From the human T2T-CHM13v2.0 reference genome, Homo sapiens: DNA of 64,000 bases. Within the stretch, counting starts at the first letter, position 1. Each line of letters begins with the position of its first letter. Under the pieces are notes generated by a model, which did no database searches, was not told where the DNA came from, and saw only the letters and a program-made list of their open reading frames with translations. The DNA lies in the NCBI RefSeq assembly GCF_009914755.1, contig NC_060928.1; one strand, written 5' to 3'. Positions 52,181 to 64,000 of the stretch are shown piece by piece. The translations under genes and the position numbers were made by a program.

Positions 52181-52903
52181 AGTACCTTTCAAGCCTTAGA
52201 GATTTAGTGAATTCTACATTGGAAGGGCCCAGCTGAAGAGTCCCTGTTCTTATCAGTGGCAAGGGCTCTGAGACACATTGTCATCAAGCCTTAAAATCTA
52301 AACCATAAAAATAATTATTTATAAATATATTAACAAAGTTGAACATGTTGGCTTGAGTGCAAGTTTAATGTAGTTAATTATAAACACTGAACAAATATCA
52401 ATCTTTTTCAAAAACTCTCATGTTAACCGAACAATTAAATATTAACTTTTTAGTAGGCCATAAAGTTTATTTCCTTATAAACTGCTGTTTACAGGCTCCC
52501 TTAACCATTTAAATAGAACGACATACATTACCACTTAACCAGGTGGCTAAAAGTCTATGATCGCCCTCAAACTTCCCAGAACTGGTATAGAACTTCAGGG
52601 GAAATGTGTAAAATATTGAGGAAAAAGTAATAATGACAATAAAATTATCCAGATCCGTTACCATCTCTTCTTTTTCTTTTTACATTTAACAACTCTCAAT
52701 TTCTCTTGCCTCCAATCACCTGTCTCTAAACCCAACCATCGGTTATTCTTTCCAATATAACTTTCCATTTATATTTTCTTTAAAATTCAGCCCCAAATGA
52801 GACATTAAAAAAAACCCCAAAAACTATGGATTTAGAAAATAATGTTTCCTTATATTTCAAGTCTTACCTCTCAAGGAACCATGCTGCTTAAGGTCAGATG
52901 TAC

Positions 52904-53428
52904 TGGGCCATGGACCAGTACTAGCCTGTGGCCTGTGAGGAACCAGGCCGCACAGCAGGAGGTGAGCTGCAGGTGAGTGAGTGAGGCTTCATCTGTATTT
53001 ACAGCCGCTCCCCATCACTTGCATTACTGCCTGAGCTCCGCCTCCTGTCAGATCAGCAGGGGCATTAGATTCTCATAGGAGCATGAACCCTATTGTGAAC
53101 TGCACATGCGAGGGATGTAGGTTGCACACTCCTTATGAGAATCTAATGCCTGAGGATCTGTCACTGTCTGCCATCATGCCCAGGTGGGACCATCTAGTTG
53201 CAAGAAAACAAACTCAGGGCTCCCACTAATTCTACATTATGGTGAGTTCTATAATGATTTCATTATATAGTACACTGTAATAATAATAGAAATAAAGTGC
53301 ACAGTTAATGTAATGAGCTTGAATCATTCTGAAACCATTTCCCCGCCACCACCCCTGGGTCCATGGAAAATCTGTCTTCAACGAAACTGGTCCATGGTGC
53401 CCAGGTGCCCAGAAGGTTGGGGACCACT
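52904..53428 (+). mobile_element. MER1A (hAT-Charlie)
   Basis: gaaccaggccgcacagcaggaggtgag...aaggttggggaccactg, with the long internal segment. Confidence 0.85.
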
Positions 53429-53915
53429 GTTGTAGATAAAATAAATCCATAAGTAACACTTTTGATCAACAGTTTCATCCCCCTCACACATATATATTTT
53501 TAACAGAACTCTTATCAAGCAAGACTCACTGAGCAGGAAGACTTGAGGACAGCAAAATGATGAAAGAATGAGTAACTAAAGGGAAAAGGAAATTCCTCCA
53601 CGAGACTGTAAGCTGCACAAGGAGGAGTGACTAAGTCTCATTCACTGTGGTCCCTCTAACATGCAGCACTGAGTCTGGCAAGTAGTGGGCGTTTAAACAC
53701 AGAGAAACATGAGCTCTAGATAAGAGGATGGGGTGGTGCCTGCGTTTCTTCCCCACTCTACTCCTAGCACCTGGCATAGTGACTCACACGTAGGGAGCAC
53801 CTGAGGGTTTGTTGAACAATGAGTCCTCTCATTAGCTAAAAATGACAGACACAACATAAGAAGAAAAACAGGGAAGTAAGTAAAGCAGAGAAACAGTAAG
53901 TAAGTATGGTCTTAC

Positions 53916-54277
53916 TTTGCTATCCTTGTCTGGTTTGGTTGCTGAACTGTTCCCACAAGCTGATGAAGCACTGTCAGGAGATGTGGGGAGTCCAGGGAGA
54001 ACGGTCACTATCCGGCCACTGGGCTCAGCCTCCAGAGAAGCACTGGTGATGCTTGGGGAAGTCAGTGGAGCAGCTGCTGCACAGGCCAGAGGGGCACTGG
54101 CTCGACTGATACTGATGGCAGCAGTGTGCGTGGCTGAGCCTGGCATCAGAGGCGCAGGTTGTGGGGAGGCCAGCGAGTGATGGGACAGGCCCACAGATGC
54201 AGGGCTGAGGCCGGCGGCATTCTGTACCTGGATGGGTGTCACTGCTGCCGTGGGGCGTTCCTGGTTGTGCGCTGCAA
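53916..54277 (-). CDS. SH3RF1: SH3RF1 coding exon (probably exon 10), Ser/Ala/Pro-rich
   Basis: tag|TTGCAGCG...AGCAAA|gtaag; 362 nt, phase 1->0; [17 protein letters not shown]...KPDKDSK. Confidence 0.95.
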
Positions 54278-55168
54278 CTAGTAGATGGGAAGAGGGAACA
54301 CAGCAAAATTCAACTATCTAATAGATGCTGCTCACCAAAACATGAGTCATTTCACTGCATCAGACCATGATGAAAGGCTGCTATTGTATTTATTACAATA
54401 AAGATGGGATGGACGGTGGCCTAAAAGCACTTAATCTTAGCTGGATCCCCAGACACTATCTATTGTCCTTCCAGGTCAGCCCTTGAGTCTACTGAGTGCC
54501 TGGAAGCTCAGTTTTGACCCAAGTCCCTTTACTTAGGAGACAGCCTCTCCACAGTGTTAGAGACACTGAGCCAGTTCTTGATGGTATTCTACAGTGTCAA
54601 GCGATGTCTCCCTCTAGTCCTTTTCCTATTATTCATTCCCTTTTCTTATGAATCATTTTCCTTTTTTCTGTTTTTCTGATAGAGTTCACAAGCCTTTAGT
54701 TTACCCCTCATCCCATTAGTTACCCAAGACTCTTGGGAAGGTTTTCAGTGCTACAGAACTAAGAAAGCTGTTTAAGATCCCATAGGGTCCAAGGTAGACT
54801 TGTGCTTAAGTTAATCAGAAATGATCAGCACACCCGTTAGTAGAGTATCACGCAATTCACATGGATGGTAGTAGTGAGATTTGAGATCATATGATCTCAA
54901 CTATAGAAGTCAAAATTTCAAGTACTATTGACATTCTTAGGATCAGCCTAATTTCTTTCAGACTTTAGATCTATCCATCAGGCTTGAAGTAATACGCAGG
55001 GCACGCTTAGCCCAAATAAGCAGATACAAGGTGCCACTGAGTAGACTTTGCCTAATGTTGTTCATTATTTTAATTACATCTACATTTCTCAACATCTGTC
55101 ATAAAAGATCTACTATTAGGCAGGTAAGCCCTTTATCCTGATATGTTCTGGCCTGGGTTCCTCCTTAC

Positions 55169-55428
55169 CTGTCCTCACAGCATTGCGGGCCTGGTTGACT
55201 GTCATTTGCCCCGTCATGTGCAACAAGACCTTAGCCTGAGGACTTGTCTGGATGTGAGCTGCTGATACCACAGCTGCGGGGACAACACTGGGACTCCCAG
55301 CCACGCCATTTCCCTGGAGCTTCTGGGCAGGCCCTCCTGCCGTGGAAGGACTGACCATGGTCACTCCCCGACTTGTCTGGCCAGCTGTAGACATAGGGAC
55401 TTTAGCTTGGGAAGCATTTGTCACCGCC
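55169..55428 (-). CDS. SH3RF1: SH3RF1 coding exon (probably exon 9)
   Basis: cag|GGCGGTG...ACAG|gtaagg; 260 nt, phase 2->1; [16 protein letters not shown]...NQARNAVRT, within ORF 55116..55499. Confidence 0.95.
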
Positions 55429-56117
55429 CTGCCAAGACACAAACATAGATGGAAAGCCCAGTCCATCAGCAAAATGACAGAAAGAACAATTAAATGCAAG
55501 AAAAATGACTCAGAGCTTTAAACATAGAACATTTTAAAAAATGAATGGAATTATTTTTATAAAGTTTAAGAATAGAAAATTCAACGTAATGATGGCTGAG
55601 ACAGAGAAAGGTCTTGAAATATATTCTGAGTCACCAGAAACCACACGTCATACTCTGCTCAAGAATATACAGTTATTGCATTCAGCTTTCCATAACAAGA
55701 CCAAATATCTCCACTGACTTTCAAGGCCCTGGATTCTCCCCCTTCATCTACAGAACAAGCTAGGATCATTCCCTGACAATATCCCCATTTCCATATCTTT
55801 GCTCCTGTTTCCTGGCTTCCTACTTGCCTCCAGCTCCACATCACACATGTGCCCATGTACATGCATGCACACACATACACGCACTAGTGGAAAGTCCTCT
55901 CCGTCTTCTCTTGACATATTGTAATCTCATTTATGTTTCAAGATCCAGCATGAACACTGTCAGTTCAAGAAGCCTTGCCTCAGATTCAGGTTTAAGATCT
56001 TATGATTCTATTGTTTCATGTGGATTTCTTCTTTCATTCTGTTTCTAAACTCCACAATTGTTTATGCTTTGGCCCTTGATTACAAAATGTGGTATATTAT
56101 TATTAGTAGTAGTAGTA

Positions 56118-57073
<956 letters not shown>

Positions 57074-57656
57074 ATACAAGCAGAGAGACTTCTAATAATT
57101 GGTTTTTGATAAAGATGTTTGACAAAAAAATTTTTATAAAAATGTTTTCCTTCATTAACTTTATTTTTTTGTTCTTTGTTGCATTTCTCTTATCCATTAT
57201 TATCATTATTTTGCACCAGGGAGGTTCTATCTGTCATTTTCTGGATGGGATGGATTCTGAATGTAGATTTTAACATACATAGAAAAGAATGTTTATATTG
57301 ATTAAAAATTTGCAAGTCAAATTAAAGTTAACATTCTGTCACCATCTGCAACAATAGTGATTTTCATTTGATTAGGCTGCTGGCCAACCTATAAATCAAG
57401 GCCAACAGCTGACAAACATGTCAGTTCATTAAGCTATTTGTTTAAAATCAGGCGGTTTGAGGAAAGATTTAATGCAGTTAGACCTGGACTGTATATTAAA
57501 CGGCCGGTGGTCAAAAACTAGGGCTCCCTCAGTGTTGATTTCATTACAGGTCATTTAACTGTTTCCAAGGCTTCTTTCCTCAGTGACCAAAAGCTGAACT
57601 ATCTTTACATAAAATATATAAAATTTTGCATATCTAAAGCTCCTGTCACTCTATAA

Positions 57657-57857
57657 CAGGGTTTCTCAACCTCAGTGACATTTTAGGCCAGATTATGATT
57701 ATTTTTTGTGGGAGGCTGTCCTATGCATAGGATGTTTCACTCTTAGCCTCTATCCACTAAAGCCAGTAGCACCCCTAACCTCTAGTCGTGACAATCAAAA
57801 ATATTTCTGGATATTGTCAAATGTTCCCTGGGGAGCAAAACTGCCCTCAGTTGAGAA
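57657..57857 (+). mobile_element. MER20 (hAT-Charlie)
   Basis: cagggtttctcaacctcag...gtgacaatcaaaaatatttctgg...cagttgagaa. Confidence 0.85.
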
Positions 57858-58464
57858 GGATCTATGCTATACTTAAAATTTTTATTTCTGACTATATTAT
57901 AGAATTCATTGTCAGAATTCAGAGGTAATTACCAAGTTAATGAAATAAATATAAATCTAGATCACCAGGGTTTGAGTTTGAGCACTTCTTCACTATGTGA
58001 TCTCAGACAAGCTGTATGATATCTCTGTGCCTCAATGTAACAGCAACTAAGAAGTAAGGTTAATCAGTGTAATGCATTTATAAATCTGCCTGCCTGGCAT
58101 ATAGTACGCATTATATAAACACATAAGTATTAATAATATAGCTTTTCTTTGTATCAACACTATGCCTTTTCTAGTAGAAAAATACTGAAAATGGTGTTGT
58201 TGAACCTTCTCCCATTAAAGCAAATAACTTAAAACCCAGTACATTTACTGGTAGAAACCTATAATTTCACATATATCCATGTGAAAATAAGCTAAAAATT
58301 TTAGAGTTAGAAGGGATTTTAGCAGATGTAGACATGGATTTTTAAAACCTTGGCTATGTAACAGGCAATTATAATGTGAAAGGAATCTGGATAGGCTGAA
58401 AACCATGGAAAAGAACAAAGCTTCTCTGTTTAGAACATAGTAAACAATGTATTCAAAACCATAC

Positions 58465-58635
58465 CTTGTGACTGGTGCCACATAATTGCCAGGGAAAACC
58501 CCTATCTTGCTGGTATGCATGGATGTCCCTTTGAACCAGCCATCCTGGCAGCGCTCAAACACTAAAAACATCTCCCCTTTTCTCAGCTCTAGTTCATCCT
58601 CTTTCCGAGGAGTGTATGGATATATAGCAACATAC
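58465..58635 (-). CDS. SH3RF1: SH3RF1 coding exon (probably exon 8): third SH3 domain
   Basis: tag|GTATGTT...ACAAG|gtatgg; 171 nt, phase 2->2; [57 protein letters not shown], a canonical SH3. Confidence 0.97.
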
Positions 58636-59745
58636 CTAGAATAGAAAATAATATTTGATTTCAGGTTGAGTAACAGACAAATCCCAAGATGCTCAAAATT
58701 CTTCCTTGGTACAAAGTGTTGAACATTTTGTACAAATGTAAACTGAAAGTATAATCCTTTAATCTATAAGTAGCATTGACAATTCTCCATTGAAAGAGGT
58801 TTTGCTGTCTACATTTTAAAAGTAGGCAGAGGCCCTCCTGATTAAGAACCTGTTCCTCCCAGTATGGAAGTTACTATCCCACCAAATAGTATTTGCATAG
58901 TGTGAAAGAATTAATGCAGTTTCCAAGAGTGCCTAACTTGCTACCAGAGATTATGTACCCACTGGGAAAACTGAGTTCTTCAAATGGCACTTGTTAGGCT
59001 TGAGAAGTAGCCCCAAATGAGAACATATGGTATGAAATCCCACTGGGAAGCACAACACGCTGGCTTCTACACACAAGCTGAACCTAGAGGCTTGAGCTAC
59101 ACCTGCTTTTTATGCTCAGTTCTAGGGAAAAAGACTGAATTTGAAAAAATCAAGGGAGAACAAAGTCCAGATCACAAAACGTACAAGACAACCCCAAGAT
59201 GCAAGGTGACTGTGCCCACGAACACATGGTAACCAGGCAGGCAACATTAACCTATAGTTCTTACCAGTGCTCTAAACAGTTGGTGTATAAAATTACACAA
59301 TGCAGGATCCACGAAGACCTGGCTGTATTCTGCCATAAATAAACTCTCAACAGGATAAACTTTTCTGGATACTCATTGCTGAGGACTTAAGCTTTTTACA
59401 TTCACACTGCAACTAGACCTAGATATGATTTGTGAAGAATACCTTTCTGTCACTAGTATTCTTATGCAAGAAATGAAAATAAAGATAAAAAGTTCAAACA
59501 GGAGTTGTACAAAAGAGGCAGTTTCATACCCATATAATATTCTGGCAAGCTCATGTATCAGACTGATTTTCTTTCAGCAGTTCCCTAGTTACATGCATGA
59601 CCAGGTAGAAGTTTGCAGGACACAGACCGCTTGGTGAGCCATAACGCTGTCATCAGCTCATGTCAGAAAGGTGTTTCTTGACCTCTGAGGTTTGGACTTC
59701 GTTTAAATGAACACATAAGCAGTAACAGACGACACGCTCACTTAC

Positions 59746-59912
59746 ACACTGGGGCGAGTCTGCGGCCGTAAATGTGCAATCTGGTCAGTGGATCCTGCCA
59801 TGGGCCTCGGTCCCATTCCAGCAGCAGCAGCAGCGGCGGTGGCGCCTGGTGGTGTGGAGGCAAGGACAGTGGCAGCCAGGAGAGGGGGTGGTGGAAGAGG
59901 AGGATTCAAAGT
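59746..59912 (-). CDS. SH3RF1: SH3RF1/POSH coding exon (probably exon 7 of 12): Pro-rich/poly-Ala linker
   Basis: tag|ACTTTG...CCCAGTGT|gtaag; 167 nt, phase 0->2; translates [56 protein letters not shown]; not in the ORF track. Confidence 0.95.
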
Positions 59913-61256
59913 CTAGTATAGGAAAAACATAAAGAGAAAGGGAAAAAAGGGAACAAAATACTGATTTACATCTTCCTATGGAAGGTGGGAGAGAAAAAGA
60001 ATTATAAATCCATAGAACAAGACTTTAATGGAATCCACATAGGGCAGAATCAGCAGGCTAACTGATATGAAAGCCTGCTTCTATAAATTCATCTCTTGTT
60101 CTCCTTTAAAATATTAAAGCCAAAGCAACCTTTTCAGCAAGCAGGTAAGTAATCACCCTTGGGAGGAGGGAAAGAAAAAAAATGAAACAATTGCATGTAA
60201 TCTTAAGATTAATAGCATTTTAAAGTATGGACTTGGACAAGGATCCAAATGCCTTTCGAGGCGGGTAGCCATGTCATGCTGCTTGCTAGGAATTAATTTG
60301 TGATTGTTTCTGTAATCTGAAACTTAAACACAACACACAATGTAGCTGTACTATATCTCAAATCATTCCTTCAGAAGAAAATTTCCTTTGATGCCTGGTC
60401 TACAAAAAGCCCAAACAATAGTAAGCCACAGTCACTGGACCATTGTTGCTACTTTTGCTTATTCTTTTCTTAACTTTGCCAGCTTTTGAAATTTGGTACT
60501 ATCGAGGCTGGTAATCTTTAACAAGTACACCAGTGAAAAGCTGCTGGTTCCTTTATGGGCACAGCCTAATGGGGTTCTGCCTACAGGATTCCATGCCTTT
60601 TGAAAATCAATGGAGCAATTGTTACCTTCTGATCTATAAACCCAGATAATTCTTTAGGGTCTGTATACTGAAACTCTTGGGAAAACAGGCACACAAAGAC
60701 TGCCTGAACCGCTACCTCGTCCTCTCCAGATCTTTGAACAACTAGATGTAAAAACTAAGTCAAAGGAGAAATAAGAAGACTAAAGAATTTACCTAGTTAA
60801 GTGTAAATGGCTTCTATATGTCAGCATATTAACAAAATAAAGATCCAATGATTTCTAAACAGAGCTTATACCAGTCATCTTATTTCTGTTTTTTGGAATA
60901 AAAATTTGAATTTCATCACCATTCACTATAATACATCTGGCTGTTAATATAGACATACATAGTTCCAGAAACATAACGAACTGAGTGGAAAAAAATTTCA
61001 AATTTCTAGACGCACGCTGTAACTATTCGATGCATTATGTTTAATTTTTTGCTAAAGCGACTTTCAATAAAGATTTTTCCCACACTGTAGCTAAAGTGGT
61101 TGCAGAACATTTAGTGCAGAAACAAATGAGGTGCAGAGCCACTTACAAAGTGCAAACCAGGAGAAGGCAGAGGTTAGCTCAAAAAGTTGGAACGTCAGGA
61201 AAATGTGGCTCACATTCTCAATTCAAAATATGGCACCATTAAGATTTGTTATAGCT

Positions 61257-61554
<298 letters not shown>

Positions 61555-64000
61555 TTATAGCTCTGGAATTTGCATGTACTGAGGCTTAGAGCCTCCAAAA
61601 CCTTTAACCAGGAGAAGGGCAAGCATTTATCCTGTTAGGCTTCTTTCCAGTGACAAAGCAGAGATAAAGATAATCCTGGTCACAGCAAATGTGACCTGGA
61701 CAGTTCATGGATAATAATGCATCAGCAGTTTGACAGGTGAGATAATCGGTCTACACTGTATATAGAGTAATATATGGAGAAACTGTAAAATTACCACTTC
61801 ACTGATTTCCATTTAAATCTTTCTAAGCTCAATCTCAAAACAGTGTGGCTGTGGAAAGGCAGAAAACTAATGGCATGTGCTCAAACAGAAATTAAAATAA
61901 TCTATTATAGCTTAACTTTATTAAAACAGAGGCTGTACTAATTTGACCTAAAAAGAAAAGGACAAAAATCATCTATGCACCTGATAAAAACATGTCATCT
62001 TTTGTAATATAAATAAAATTTTGTAATAAAATATAAAATCACTTCTTGTCACAAAATACACTAAGTTAAATGTTTCATGTACATTACTTTTGCAAACAGT
62101 GAGAGTTAGACATTAAGATATGGCATCAAAGAGGATATTCTGAAAGATCCCAAAGGTTCTTCCTGACAGAAAAGAGTTCTCTCTCACTTTCTGTGGCTGA
62201 AACATAAATGGTTTAATACAATTGGGCAGATCTTTTCCCAGTGCATGCATGTTTGCATGTGTAAATTTGTGTGTATGTGAGCAAACAGATGAAGATCAAG
62301 AAACTCTGATTAAAATCAGATTCCTAGATGTTGCTTGCCCCTGTGGGGTTGGTAAAATGATAGGGTTCTGGTGACTCCAGAGCTGTGACAGACTAGGAAA
62401 TTTTGTGGGTTGCTTTATAAACAACCTAAACCAAAATAATCTGGTGATGTGGAAGTTCAAAAGGTAATCCACTGTGTATTGTGCTTCAGGCAGTTTGCTG
62501 TCCTGCAAGACCTGAAATTTCCACAGAGTAAAACCACACGTAGCCTTTCATTCACCCGGACGTGACCTGGAGTCCTGCTTATTATTTCATAGTCCAGGCC
62601 AGCCCAGGCACCAGAGGCCAAGTATACACTCTCTACTACAGGCAAAAAACAGCTATGGACCTTCTAGAAAATGACACAAAATTCACATTTTGTTAACAAT
62701 ATTCTGCTCACCAAAACTAGGACTTAAGAATGGTGTGCTAATGGGAAATGGTCATATTTTGCCATGTCCAGGTTCTCTTCTCCTGACCCAGTGATCTTGA
62801 AAGAAGAGACAGTGTTACATCACTGAAGGAGCATGGCCTTTGGGGTCAAAACAAAACATAGATTCCAACCCTGGCTCAGCCTCTTGGGGCAGTCCTCGAC
62901 TTCCTTCCCTTGCTAGAGTGAGCACCCAGGGAAGAAGTGTCTTCTCTCTGAGTGGGCAGCATTTCAGAACACTGGCAGGTGACAATGCTAGTGACACTGT
63001 GAGTGAAAAGTTCAAGTATATGGGTGTGAAACTTCTCCCTTCTGGCACTCTCCCCTCTGCTTGCCCTTTCATGCAACCCGCCCAGGTAGTGATTGGATCT
63101 TAGGATCTGGCTAAAGAGAGGGGAAGTAGTCCAGTACGTCTCAAACTTGGGCCAAGGGCTACAGGCCAGCTTGCCAGTAAAGTGCTTTGCATTGGAGCTT
63201 TGGACACAAGTTCAACTGAAAATAAAGGGTTCATTTCCTTTCTAATTGTCTCTTACGTGTGTATCTCCCTCACACACTCCCAGGGTAGAAAAGTGACTGG
63301 CAAGATAGACTAAGCCTTTCTGGGTCCCTTGGGCAAATATTATTAATATTCTCTAATCTACCACTATTTCTTTCTAAATGTCTGATTTCCATTCAGCCCA
63401 CTTTCAACCCTACATATCAACATGTCTGAACAGTCCTTGTGTGTACTGAACTCAGATGCATGAATACTGGTTGATGAGGGAATGGTTCAAGCTACTACGT
63501 GGAGATGCCTGTTGAAATTGGTCAACAGTGTTACCAAGTTCAGCAGCATTACCATCTACATGCATAAATTATAAATTTTTTGTTCCACATTTGATTTACA
63601 AGAAACAAGAGAGATATGTATATCAGTTAAGTGACTCTGTAAATTCCATAAGGTCTCTATGTTTCACTATACCAACCTGAGAGATGGAGTTAATAATTAG
63701 AAATAGTTTATGTAAATTGTCTTTCCCAGTGCCCTGGAACACAGCAGAAGCTCAATAAATAGAAGCTATTGTTATGATTAATGAGATTGTGAAGTCAGGG
63801 ACTGTCTCACCCGTCTTTGTATTGGTGGCACCTAGCTTTGCAGCTAGAAGATAACAGATCCTCAATGAGCATTTCATGAATGAAAATACACTATGTGCTT
63901 CTATCCCCTTCTTAGAACAATATGGTATGGAATAAGAGGTCTCAGTTCCCGAGATGCTAGAATCCTTTCCTGTTGCTGCTATGAAAGTTCTGACCATATC

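Noticed and set aside
53917-54180. Antisense ORFs over SH3RF1 exons (also 44486-44912) and a plus-strand CAG|GTAAG at ~55121
   Set aside because: Shadow frames of GC-rich coding exons; isolated donor-like motifs are common
54272-54277. Alternative in-frame acceptor TTGCAG 6 nt into the exon
   Set aside because: Possible, but the sequence alone gives no evidence that it is used

Overview
Primate (almost certainly human, chr4q32-33 from gene identity) genomic DNA. The right half (~31.9-64 kb) holds the 3' part of SH3RF1 (POSH, RING/SH3 E3 ligase and JNK scaffold) on the minus strand. There are six coding exons with canonical GT-AG sites and consistent phases (1488 nt = 495 aa + TGA, including SH3 domains 3 and 4), a ~2.26 kb 3'UTR and an ATTAAA poly(A) signal near 31.92 kb. 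The left half is intergenic and repeat-dense: about 35 Alus, solo LTRs (MER57-, LTR9-, LTR10-, MLT1-like), DNA transposon fossils (MER85, MER30, MER3, a hAT transposase remnant) and L1/L2/L3 fragments. Nearly all ORFs in the track are Alu or noise ORFs. I found no convincing new multi-gene system. The most unusual structures are: (1) an LTR10-derived composite with two inverted U5 ends inside a single 5-bp target-site duplication (TSD), enclosing p53 half-sites (27992-28768); (2) two ultra-short inserts (20 and 41 nt) with A-tails and TSDs that look L1-mediated; (3) a tail-deleted inverted Alu pair in an SH3RF1 intron; (4) a MER85 keeping the CSB-PGBD3 palindrome. Repeat family names come from my recollection of consensus sequences, not from a search, and repeat boundaries are approximate (about +/-10 bp unless a TSD is cited).
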